Under the pieces are notes generated by a model. The model was given only the letters and a program-made list of their open reading frames with translations. It searched no databases and was not told the origin of the DNA. The position numbers were made by a program, and so were the translations under genes. This document shows, piece after piece, positions 18,611 to 26,746 of a stretch of 64,000 nt of DNA. The stretch spans positions 465,680 through 529,679 of the forward strand of contig CP006914.1 in the NCBI GenBank assembly GCA_000503835.1, written 5' to 3'. Source of the DNA: a candidate division WWE3 bacterium RAAC2_WWE3_1. Lineage in GTDB: Bacteria > Patescibacteriota > WWE3 > UBA101185 > UBA10185. Each line of letters opens with the position of its first letter. The stretch's first letter is position 1.

Positions 18611-20221
18611 TCAAATTAAGGGAAGTCCGCCATCGAATGCTTCAATCACCGAATCTTTATTAAAAACCACTTCCGCCGGAGCTATGTTAAGGTCTGTCAA
18701 ATTTCCCGATTCTCCACCTTTTAGCTTTTTTGGTTTCTCTTTGCTTAAAACACATTTTATTGAAAGACGAACGTCATATATCTCCGCCATAAGCTTTTCG
18801 ACCAATTTTCTGTTCTGAGGCGACTCAAGCCTTTCTTTATGGAAAGGATAAAACACCTCAAGTATGACAAACTTACCTTCAACATTTACAGGCTTTCCTG
18901 ATTTTAGAAGAGCAGTTAATGAGTGGTTCAATTCCCGGCTCCTTTTTATGAATTCCTTCCATTTTTCTTCAATATTTTTTAAAGTTATGCTAACTGTTTC
19001 TTTATCTTCAACCGAACTTTTTTTGTCCTTTTCCACTTTTTCGGATGCCTCCCGCCCTTCTGTTTCCTCCTCTTTTTCATCCTTTGACATTTGTTTACCT
19101 ATACTTGGCGAGGTTTTAGGTTGTCCCGGAGCTTCCGATACTCCCGAACTGTCCTCCCCTAGTTCTCCTCCTATCTTGGCCAGAGCCATCTCGACCGGAA
19201 GCTGAGGAATAAAAGATGTTTTTATATTTTTGTGCTCTTCAAGAATTGAGCTCATCGCATTCAGGAGCCACTCTACCGACAGACGGGACGCCTGTTCTTC
19301 CATTTCGACTAAAAGTTCTGTCGTCGCACCCGACACTTCTTCTTTTACACCCGATTTTATGAATAACATTTCTCTCAGATATCTTAGGTACTCGCCTGTC
19401 CAAACATACAAATCCAGACCCTCTTCGTAAACTTTAGAAACGATTCTAATTGCGGCACCCGGATTGCTGTCTATCAAATGGTCGGTCAGTTCTATGTAAA
19501 TCTCCTTGGAACCCATACCTACAAGCGAATCAACACTGATTTCGCCGTCCGAGACCTGTTGCAACAACGTTTCAGCGTCCCTGAAACCACCCATAGAGGC
19601 GAGCGCAATTTTTTCCAAGTCCTTTTCGGATATCTTTATTTTCTCGCTTCTTGTTATCTCTTTAAGTTTTTCAACTAGCTGTGGCATTGTAGCTCTTTTA
19701 AACCTGTAAACCTGGCATCGGGACTTAATGGTGTCGGGTATTTTATGAAGCTCGGTGGTGCAAAGTATGAATGTGGTCTTCTTCGGCGGTTCTTCTAAAG
19801 TTTTCAAAAGTGCATTAAAAGCCTCGTTCGTAAGCATGTGAACCTCGTCGATTACGTAAACTTTGTTCTTACCCATCGTCGGTGCCAGTTTTATCTTGTC
19901 CTTGATCTCTCTGATGTCATCTATTCCCCTGTTGCTGGCGGCATCAATCTCTATCATATCCACAAAAGAACCCTCTTTTATGGCAACGCAGGACGGGCAT
20001 TTACAGCAGGGATCGCCCTTTGAATTAATATCCGCGCAATTCAACGCCTTGGCCAAAATTCTGGCTAATGTGGTTTTTCCCGTGCCGCGGGGGCCTACAA
20101 AAAGGTAGGCGTGCGAGGTTTTGCCACTTAATACCTGCTTGGACAATGCATCGGCGGCATCGTTGGGCCTGCAGACTTCACTGAATTTTTGCGGGCGGTA
20201 CTTGGTGTAAAACATAAACAT
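18611..20221 (-). CDS. dnaX: DNA polymerase III subunit gamma/tau
   Basis: KYRPQKF, GPRGTGKTT, EIDAASNRGID, IDEVHML, SRC motif. Confidence 0.97.
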   Translation of the reverse strand: MFMFYTKYRPQKFSEVCRPNDAADALSKQVLSGKTSHAYLFVGPRGTGKTTLARILAKALNCADINSKGDPCCKCPSCVAIKEGSFVDMIEIDAASNRGIDDIREIKDKIKLAPTMGKNKVYVIDEVHMLTNEAFNALLKTLEEPPKKTTFILCTTELHKIPDTIKSRCQVYRFKRATMPQLVEKLKEITRSEKIKISEKDLEKIALASMGGFRDAETLLQQVSDGEISVDSLVGMGSKEIYIELTDHLIDSNPGAAIRIVSKVYEEGLDLYVWTGEYLRYLREMLFIKSGVKEEVSGATTELLVEMEEQASRLSVEWLLNAMSSILEEHKNIKTSFIPQLPVEMALAKIGGELGEDSSGVSEAPGQPKTSPSIGKQMSKDEKEEETEGREASEKVEKDKKSSVEDKETVSITLKNIEEKWKEFIKRSRELNHSLTALLKSGKPVNVEGKFVILEVFYPFHKERLESPQNRKLVEKLMAEIYDVRLSIKCVLSKEKPKKLKGGESGNLTDLNIAPAEVVFNKDSVIEAFDGGLPLI

Positions 20222-20383
20222 AATAACTGTATTACAACACCCCCGTCAGATACAACCAACCGGTGTTGGTGCAAACCACAGTAAGCCCACGCCGGCTGTA
20301 AAATAGCAAAATTCCGCCATGACTTTTTGCTATAATGACGCTACTCGCGATTTTTAGTGCTACTCTTCAGACAGGAGATTAGG

Positions 20384-20641
20384 ATGCAGAAAGATAGAAA
20401 GATGAGTACAGCAGGAAAGAGCAAAACATGGCCGTTTGAGACCTGGGACAAGTGCTCCGCCACGGAAAGGGCTGAAATTGCAGTCAAAGCTGTAGACCCA
20501 AAGTGCGGGTTTGATACTGTAAAAAAGGCAACGGAATTTGCCCAAATGGACTCTCACGGTCTCCGGGAAAAATATCCTTGTGCCTGGCGGGGCATCTTCC
20601 GATACATCCAGCGCATAGGTCTTAAAACCAGACGCAGGTAG
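20384..20641 (+). CDS. Hypothetical protein (ORFan)
   Basis: TGCTATAAT at about 20328-20336, CAGGAG SD, basic 85-aa ORF. Confidence 0.55.
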   Translation: MQKDRKMSTAGKSKTWPFETWDKCSATERAEIAVKAVDPKCGFDTVKKATEFAQMDSHGLREKYPCAWRGIFRYIQRIGLKTRRR

Positions 20642-20682
20642 AATGCAAGCAATGCTTTAGATCCTGAGAATGGGGTTTCGTA

Positions 20683-21198
20683 TCAGAGAAAATTCAAATT
20701 TTCCGAGAGCGGGACCCCTATTTTTTTAATCCCGTCCAACTCTTCGGAAGAAAAATCGTTCAGAACAAAGTCGTCCACCGGCAGATTTGAACCGATGCGC
20801 GGCCGGCCTATACCGACCCTTATTCTCTTAAAATCCTTTGTCCCTAAGGAATCCATTATGCTCATAACACCTTTGTGGCCGGCGTGTCCTGCCCCTACCT
20901 GTTCTTTTCTCTGCCCAAACGGTAAATCGACATCGTCATGTATCACGCATATATCGGGGGTGTCTATACCGAAATATTCCTTTACCAGGCTCACCGCTTC
21001 TCCGGAGTTGTTCATAAAAGTCCGGGGTTTGACTAAAATGTACTCCCCGGTCTTGCAAATCTCCGATTTTAATTTCGGGGACGCATCCCAGGAGAGCCCA
21101 TGAGCAGAAACAATTTCGTCCAGTATGATAAATCCGGTGTTATGACGGGTCTTGGAATATTTTTTATCGGGGTTTCCGAGGCCGACGAGCATCTTCAT
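20683..21198 (-). CDS. pth: Peptidyl-tRNA hydrolase
   Basis: VGLGNP, TRHNTGF, KPRTFMNNSG, HDDVDLP, RIRVGIGRP. Confidence 0.97.
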   Translation of the reverse strand: MKMLVGLGNPDKKYSKTRHNTGFIILDEIVSAHGLSWDASPKLKSEICKTGEYILVKPRTFMNNSGEAVSLVKEYFGIDTPDICVIHDDVDLPFGQRKEQVGAGHAGHKGVMSIMDSLGTKDFKRIRVGIGRPRIGSNLPVDDFVLNDFSSEELDGIKKIGVPLSENLNFL

Positions 21199-21551
21199 AG
21201 CCCGGCGTCCTTTTTAACAGGCTTACCGTGAACGGTATTTTCGTCGTCGTCGTGATGATGCACACCAAGCAGGTGCAATACACCGTGGGCTACGAGCTCC
21301 GACACCTCGGTTTCAACATCATTGCCATACTTATCCGCCTGCCTTAAAGCCTGTTCCTTGTTAACTACCACATCGCCGAGATAAAACGACCCGTCTTCCT
21401 GTTTCTCATTTATTGGAAAGGACAGGACATCTGTCGTGTTATCCCTGTCAAGGTATTTTTTGTTTAACTCCTGAACTGCCTTATCGCCTGTAATGGTAAC
21501 GGAAATGACGATGTCATCCATGTTCAGTTTCTCAGGTAAATTTTTTTTCAT
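21195..21551 (-). CDS. ybeY: rRNA maturation endoribonuclease YbeY
   Basis: LNKKY...TDVLSFP, LGDV, HGVLHLLGVHH. Confidence 0.95.
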   Translation of the reverse strand: MKKNLPEKLNMDDIVISVTITGDKAVQELNKKYLDRDNTTDVLSFPINEKQEDGSFYLGDVVVNKEQALRQADKYGNDVETEVSELVAHGVLHLLGVHHHDDDENTVHGKPVKKDAGL

Positions 21552-21881
21552 CTACCTTCTGGGAGGAAAATTAACCGGCTGTTCAAGCTCGAACGGGAAC
21601 ATTTTGGCAAACTCCTCGTAAACCTCAAGTTCTTTTTTCTCTTTTTCTACCAAATCCGCCCTTCCGCCTTTTTCAAATAGCTCGGCGGCTTCTTTTCTAT
21701 TTTTTATCTGTTTGCGGATAACTTTAAAAACATCCTCATCGGTGAGGGGTTTTTGCTGGGCTCTAAGCTCAATTTCCTTATTCTGAACCTGAGAAATGAA
21801 ATACCTCAACACCCCGAGCTTAAACGCATCGCCGGACTTCTGAAGCTCGAAAACCATAGCTTTTAAATTATCGTAGATCAT
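21552..21881 (-). CDS. GatB/YqeY domain protein (short)
   Basis: KQIKNRKEAAELFEKGGRADLVEKEKKEL; canonical rpsU-yqeY pairing. Confidence 0.9.
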   Translation of the reverse strand: MIYDNLKAMVFELQKSGDAFKLGVLRYFISQVQNKEIELRAQQKPLTDEDVFKVIRKQIKNRKEAAELFEKGGRADLVEKEKKELEVYEEFAKMFPFELEQPVNFPPRR

Positions 21882-22069
21882 CCTCTAAGTTTCTCAAATT
21901 TAAACTTTCTTTCAAGTTCCTTGGATTTCTGTCTTTTTAATTCGCTTGGTTTCCTGTAGTGGGATCTGTCTTTTACTTCGTCAAGGATTCCGGATCTTTG
22001 CACTTCTCTATTGAACCTTCTTAAGGCCTGTTCCAAAGATTCACCGTTCCTTATTTTTATTTTCGTCAT
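21878..22069 (-). CDS. rpsU: 30S ribosomal protein S21
   Basis: GESLEQALRRF...YRKPSE. Confidence 0.95.
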   Translation of the reverse strand: MTKIKIRNGESLEQALRRFNREVQRSGILDEVKDRSHYRKPSELKRQKSKELERKFKFEKLRG

Positions 22070-22375
22070 TATAATAAGCAGCTCTTAATAATTAGTGCTA
22101 ATTAGCAGAGTCTGCTATTCAGTAGGCACCTCCAAACGCTTTATATTAAATAAAAACGTGCTTTCGTACTTATACACAATTCCGGCAGTTCGTGTCTCCT
22201 TGTGTTAACCATTTATAAACGGCCACTCGGGAGTCGTAAGAGTTTACCAGATATGTACGACAGTTTCCAGTATATTACCTGTGTCAATTTTTTACTATTT
22301 ATATACACCGCAAAAAGGCTTTTAATATAACTTAAACGGAGATGTTTCTAATTCTTGCAGGTACAATGATAATTA

Positions 22376-23530
22376 CTACCTTGTTACGTCTCTTATTGTT
22401 ATGAGTATCAAAAACCCCAGCAGAAAAACCATGCCAAGTCTGTGAAAAGCGGCTTCCATTTTAGGGTTTGGCTTCTTACGCGTTATGCCTTCGAACAGCA
22501 CAAATGCCGCCCTGCCCCCGTCCAGGGCGGGGAAAGGCAGTATATTGACGACTGCCAAGCTTAAAGACATCAGTGCTGTGTAATCAAACAATGTAAGCCA
22601 GGCATTGGGCCCTCCGTACTTCAGAACCATGTCTACAAGATTATAAATTCCTACCGGTCCGGATACACTCTCGGAAACAGGAGAAATGTCCTTAGTTTTA
22701 AATGAAAGGGAAACCATTTGGCCCAAAGTGTTCATGGAGTATCCCATCACATTGTATGAGTGATAAAAACCTACAAGGATTCTGTCGAGAGGCTTTTTGT
22801 ATGAAATGGACACTGACTCTCCAAGATATACCCCTATAATCGGTTTGCCGTCTTCATCTTTTGTAGGCGAAACCCGAACGTCCCGGATTTTTGTGTAGGT
22901 CGTGTCCTTCAAATCGGTCAAAGTAAGTTGGACGGGAGCTCCGTTGTACTCTGCCAAAACACTCTTAAACTGCGCGATGTCCGTAACCTTTCTTCCGTTC
23001 ACGGCTGCTACCGCCTCGCCTAGTGTCAGACCCGCTTTTTCCGCGGCCGACCCGGGCTGAATACCGGAAATGACCGTTCCAATTTTTGTAGTATCGCCGA
23101 ACTTAAAATCATAGTCAAAGATCAGAGGCATCTGGAAAGTCTTAAAACCGTTCACGAACATGAAAATATAGAAAATGACAACGGCCAGCACGATGTTCAT
23201 AAAAACACCCGCGATTAATATTATCCCCCGCTGTAGTGGTGTTTTCGATGCGAAACTTTTCGGGTCCGGCATGCCTGTTTTACCCAAGTCTTCCGTGTCA
23301 CCCCCACCCTGATCCATGTCCTCACCCGTGAGCTTTACAAAACCGCCAAAAGGTAAAAGGTTGATAGAATAAGTGGTTTCACCGAATTTCTTTCCCAAAA
23401 TACGCGGAGGAAGCCCCCACCCGAACTCTTCTACCCTGACACCGGCGGCTTTTGCGGCCACAAAATGCCCCAACTCGTGTATCAAAACCAAAACCGAAAG
23501 TATTAATAAAAAGATAAATAGGGTTGTCAT
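22376..23530 (-). CDS. rseP: RIP metalloprotease RseP (M50 with PDZ)
   Basis: HELGH, NLLPFGGFV, PDZ, SGPVGI, NILPFPALDGG. Confidence 0.93.
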   Translation of the reverse strand: MTTLFIFLLILSVLVLIHELGHFVAAKAAGVRVEEFGWGLPPRILGKKFGETTYSINLLPFGGFVKLTGEDMDQGGGDTEDLGKTGMPDPKSFASKTPLQRGIILIAGVFMNIVLAVVIFYIFMFVNGFKTFQMPLIFDYDFKFGDTTKIGTVISGIQPGSAAEKAGLTLGEAVAAVNGRKVTDIAQFKSVLAEYNGAPVQLTLTDLKDTTYTKIRDVRVSPTKDEDGKPIIGVYLGESVSISYKKPLDRILVGFYHSYNVMGYSMNTLGQMVSLSFKTKDISPVSESVSGPVGIYNLVDMVLKYGGPNAWLTLFDYTALMSLSLAVVNILPFPALDGGRAAFVLFEGITRKKPNPKMEAAFHRLGMVFLLGFLILITIRDVTR

Positions 23531-23549
23531 ATTTTTGTTTGGCGAAGCC

Positions 23550-24098
23550 TCACACCGTTAAAATCTCGGATCTTTTTGTTTCGCTGATCTCCTCTACCCC
23601 GTCGGTGAACTCCTTAACGATCTTTTCCGTTTCTTCCTTAAGACGAAACTTCTCGTCTTCTCCAATGCTCTTGTCGTTGAACATCTTTTCGATATCCTTC
23701 ATGGCATCCTGTCTTATGTTTCGTATCGAGTTTTTGCATTCCTCGGCTTTTACCCCGACAATCTTTGCCAACTCCCTGCGTCTTTCCTCGGTAAGCGAGG
23801 GCACCGGTATTCTTATTCTGTCACTCTCTTCTACAGGATTAAGGCTTGCCTGGCTTTCCCTGATAGATTTAGTAATGGATTTGATAAGACCTTTATCCCA
23901 TGGCGTAATGACAAGATTCTGCGGGTCTAAAACCGTAATAGAACCGACCTCTATGAGCATCATTTTCGTTCCGTATGCGTCTACCTGGATATTCTCAATG
24001 AGTGCGGGTGAAGCTCTTCCGGTCCTGATTTGGGACAATTCTCCCCGTAAAAATTCCCCGACCTTTGAAAGTTTTGATCTTAATTCGGAATTATTCAT
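23550..24098 (-). CDS. frr: Ribosome recycling factor
   Basis: IRTGRASP, VDAYG, PSLTEERR, IRNIRQD. Confidence 0.97.
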   Translation of the reverse strand: MNNSELRSKLSKVGEFLRGELSQIRTGRASPALIENIQVDAYGTKMMLIEVGSITVLDPQNLVITPWDKGLIKSITKSIRESQASLNPVEESDRIRIPVPSLTEERRRELAKIVGVKAEECKNSIRNIRQDAMKDIEKMFNDKSIGEDEKFRLKEETEKIVKEFTDGVEEISETKRSEILTV

Positions 24099-24146
24099 AT
24101 GTACTGAATAATATCAGGAAAATCCGGGCTTACCAACTGATTGTAA

Positions 24147-24608
24147 TTATTCCTCTCCGACGGAATATTTCACAAACTTTTTGAGCTCGATCTTTTCCCC
24201 AACCTTAGCGGTTGTCTCGTTCAGCAGATCCGATATTTTTTTTGAGGGATCTCTTATGTATTCATCGCTCAGAAGGTCCTCAACGGAGTTGTAATCGCCC
24301 GTTGCGGCCTGCATAGCCACCTCTTTGCAGAGCTTGTGAAAATCTTCTGTTTTAGCAACAAAATCGGTTTCACACGCCATGTAAATCAGAGTGCCGACCC
24401 TTCCTCCTGCATGTAGATACGCAAAAATCAGGCCGTCCTTGGTAATTCTGTCGGATTTTTTCGCAGCCTTAGAGCCGACTTTTTTCATTAATTCTTCCTT
24501 AGCATTGGCGTAATCTCCGGATGAGTTCTCCAGAGCTTGTTTTACTTCTAAAACACCGGCTCCGGTCTCTTCTCTTAAGTTTTTTATATCTTTTATGTTT
24601 AGTTCCAT
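24147..24608 (-). CDS. tsf: Elongation factor Ts (short form)
   Basis: IKNLREETGAG, ACETDFVAKT, KVGEKI; downstream of rpsB. Confidence 0.93.
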   Translation of the reverse strand: MELNIKDIKNLREETGAGVLEVKQALENSSGDYANAKEELMKKVGSKAAKKSDRITKDGLIFAYLHAGGRVGTLIYMACETDFVAKTEDFHKLCKEVAMQAATGDYNSVEDLLSDEYIRDPSKKISDLLNETTAKVGEKIELKKFVKYSVGEE

Positions 24609-24627
24609 TTTATCTCCTTATTAAAAT

Positions 24628-24720
24628 CACTTTTTGGAGTATTCTCCAAAATGCATACCACTTTTCGGGGTAATCCCCTGAAATGCGTACCACTTTTTAG
24701 AGTACTCTCCAAAATGCGTA
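24628..24720. repeat. Three tandem 31-32 bp palindromic units between rpsB and tsf
   Basis: CACTTTTTGGAGTATTCTCCAAAATGCATAC / CACTTTTCGGGGTAATCCCCTGAAATGCGTAC / CACTTTTTAGAGTACTCTCCAAAATGCGTA. Confidence 0.9.
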
Positions 24721-24721
24721 A

Positions 24722-25654
24722 TCATTTTGCAGTTTTTTTAGCCCGGGCCTTTTTGGGCGATTTCAACTCTTCGGCAGCTTTCTTTGGCATGTCTTCTTCT
24801 ATCTTCTCTATTTTCTTTGGCCCGTCCACTTCGACAAGCTTTTCTTCTATCTCTTCTACCTCGGCCGTGACAACCGGGCTTTCTGTAGTTGTAACTACAA
24901 CGTTTTCTTTTTCTTCCGTTGCGGCTTTAGTTTTCTTCGTTTCTTCAGCACCCTTTTTATCAAACTCTTTATACCCCTCTTCGACTGCGTCGGATACGGC
25001 GCGCATCAGCAACGCAACTGATTTTATAGCGTCATCGTTACCGGGAATAATGTGGTCTATTCCGGTAGGATCGGCGTTGGTATCGATTATGGCAACCACC
25101 GGAATCCCGGCGTTCTGAGCCTCTTTTACCGCTGTTCTTTCCCGTTTGGGATCTATGACAAACAGAACATCGGGGGTTTCGACAAGACTCAGGATTCCTC
25201 CGTAAACAAGGTTCATTTTCTCGGTTTCCCTGTCAATGAGAAGACATTCTTTTTTAGTGTATTTGTCGAACTCTCCTGTCTCTCTGCCGCGCATGTACTT
25301 GATCAGCTTGTCCAGGTTCTTTTTTATGGTAGGAAAGTTAGTGATTGTTCCGCCGATCCATCTCTCGTTCACAAACATAGCCCCGCTTCTTGCCGCTTCG
25401 GCCTGAATAATATCCTTAGACTGCTTCTTAGTTCCTACGAACACGATCTTTTTGCCTTCGGATGCCTGTTTATACAGGAATTCGCACGCTTCTTTCAATA
25501 GACGCTCGGTGTCTTCCAAATCAATAATATGAATATTCTTGCTGACAGTGTAGATATAGGGCTCCATCTTGGGGTGCCACCTTCTTATCTGGTGGCCGAA
25601 ATGGACACCTGCCTCAATTAACTCTTCTATTTTAGGTACTTTGTATTTAGACAT
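24722..25654 (-). CDS. rpsB: 30S ribosomal protein S2 with long charged C-terminal tail
   Basis: AGVHFGH, RWIGGTITN, IDTNADP, PGNDDA. Confidence 0.98.
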   Translation of the reverse strand: MSKYKVPKIEELIEAGVHFGHQIRRWHPKMEPYIYTVSKNIHIIDLEDTERLLKEACEFLYKQASEGKKIVFVGTKKQSKDIIQAEAARSGAMFVNERWIGGTITNFPTIKKNLDKLIKYMRGRETGEFDKYTKKECLLIDRETEKMNLVYGGILSLVETPDVLFVIDPKRERTAVKEAQNAGIPVVAIIDTNADPTGIDHIIPGNDDAIKSVALLMRAVSDAVEEGYKEFDKKGAEETKKTKAATEEKENVVVTTTESPVVTAEVEEIEEKLVEVDGPKKIEKIEEDMPKKAAEELKSPKKARAKKTAK

Positions 25655-25825
25655 AGATTTACTTCCATGACGCCTCTATAGACGCATTCTATTAAATTTT
25701 AATACTTGGGAAACCGCGCAATTTTTATAAGTTTAATAGCGGGTTCCCTTTTATTTTTGGCGCCGCTTCGTGCGGCTCCTCACCTATGCCCTTTCGGGAG
25801 GGAGATATAGGCAATTGATAAGTTA
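25655..25825 (-). promoter_or_regulatory. Structured rpsB 5' leader (candidate S2 autoregulatory element)
   Basis: Minus-strand hairpins CCTAT..CCC-GAAA-GGG..ATAGG, GCCGC-ACGAA-GCGGC and GGGAACC..CGC..GCG..GGTTTCCC; structured rpsB leaders are widespread. Confidence 0.5.
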
Positions 25826-25837
25826 ACACAACGGACA

Positions 25838-26746
25838 CTAGTTGGCAACAATGTTACCCTGAGCGTATATTGCAGCGTCGAAAAATCCCGGAACATGGTT
25901 ATAGGAACGTATAGTCTCTATCACCTTCACGACCTGCTGTTGAACATCGGCCGATGACTTAAGGGTGGCCTTTGATGTAATTTTGAAACCCTGGGTCGGG
26001 AGGTCAAAGGAAGACGCAGGAAAAACTCCGACCTTTGAATCTCCGCCAATCGACATAATATTTATAAAGCTCGGGGCTGAAGGAATATTTACGGTCGTGC
26101 ACCGTGTGTATTCTCCCGTTCCACCCACAGCATCCTTAGACCCGGATACCTTAAGAGCAGGGTCCAATATGTTGCCGGGAGGGATCACCAAGGCTTTGCC
26201 AAGAAGAGCTGACGGGCTCCACAACGTATAGTATAGGGCGGTATTATTTCCGGCCGATGGCTGGTTTCTCCAGCACAGATTCAGGCTCGATCCGGCGTAA
26301 TTGAGCAGAGCAACCGTCGAAAACGTACCGTTCTTAAGTTCTGTAGAATAGTGAGAACTGGGTGTTGTTTCGTTGTAGGTAAAAGATTCTACTGTGACAG
26401 CTGTTCTTGTTTCCACACTACCGCTTGCTCCAAGAAAAAAGACACACTCCCCCGATGTTAAAGTTGCCTGCGTGGTGCTTCCGCAAGAGGTTTTTGTCGC
26501 GATAACGGCAAGCTCACTTGCAGGTAAGCCTACGAATCTTTCTATCCCCGCTTCTGCCGCGTAGTACACTTTTGCCTGCGTATCGGTCGATGATACCCTT
26601 TTAGTAACAGAAAGGGTTCTGGTGGCGACTGAGACTCCTACAACCATAGATATTGTGAGGGCGACGACTACGAACAACAGAGCCTGGCCTCTATTGTCGG
26701 TCAGTGGTTTGGTTGTAGTATGAACATGCAACGGCATTATAATCAA
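25838..26746 (-). CDS. PilX-like type IV pilin-family protein
   Basis: Class III signal-like RG|QALLFVVVALTISMVVGVSV followed by YYAAEAGIE, the PilX N-terminal signature. Confidence 0.8.
   Translation of the reverse strand: MIIMPLHVHTTTKPLTDNRGQALLFVVVALTISMVVGVSVATRTLSVTKRVSSTDTQAKVYYAAEAGIERFVGLPASELAVIATKTSCGSTTQATLTSGECVFFLGASGSVETRTAVTVESFTYNETTPSSHYSTELKNGTFSTVALLNYAGSSLNLCWRNQPSAGNNTALYYTLWSPSALLGKALVIPPGNILDPALKVSGSKDAVGGTGEYTRCTTVNIPSAPSFINIMSIGGDSKVGVFPASSFDLPTQGFKITSKATLKSSADVQQQVVKVIETIRSYNHVPGFFDAAIYAQGNIVAN

Noticed and set aside
19018-19024. dnaX programmed frameshift at an A7 run
   Set aside because: The run is phased GAC AAA AAA AGT, not A AAA AAG; no stimulatory hairpin was identified and A-runs are common here.
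24628-24720. CRISPR array
   Set aside because: The units abut with no unique spacers, and there are no cas genes; reported as a hairpin array instead.
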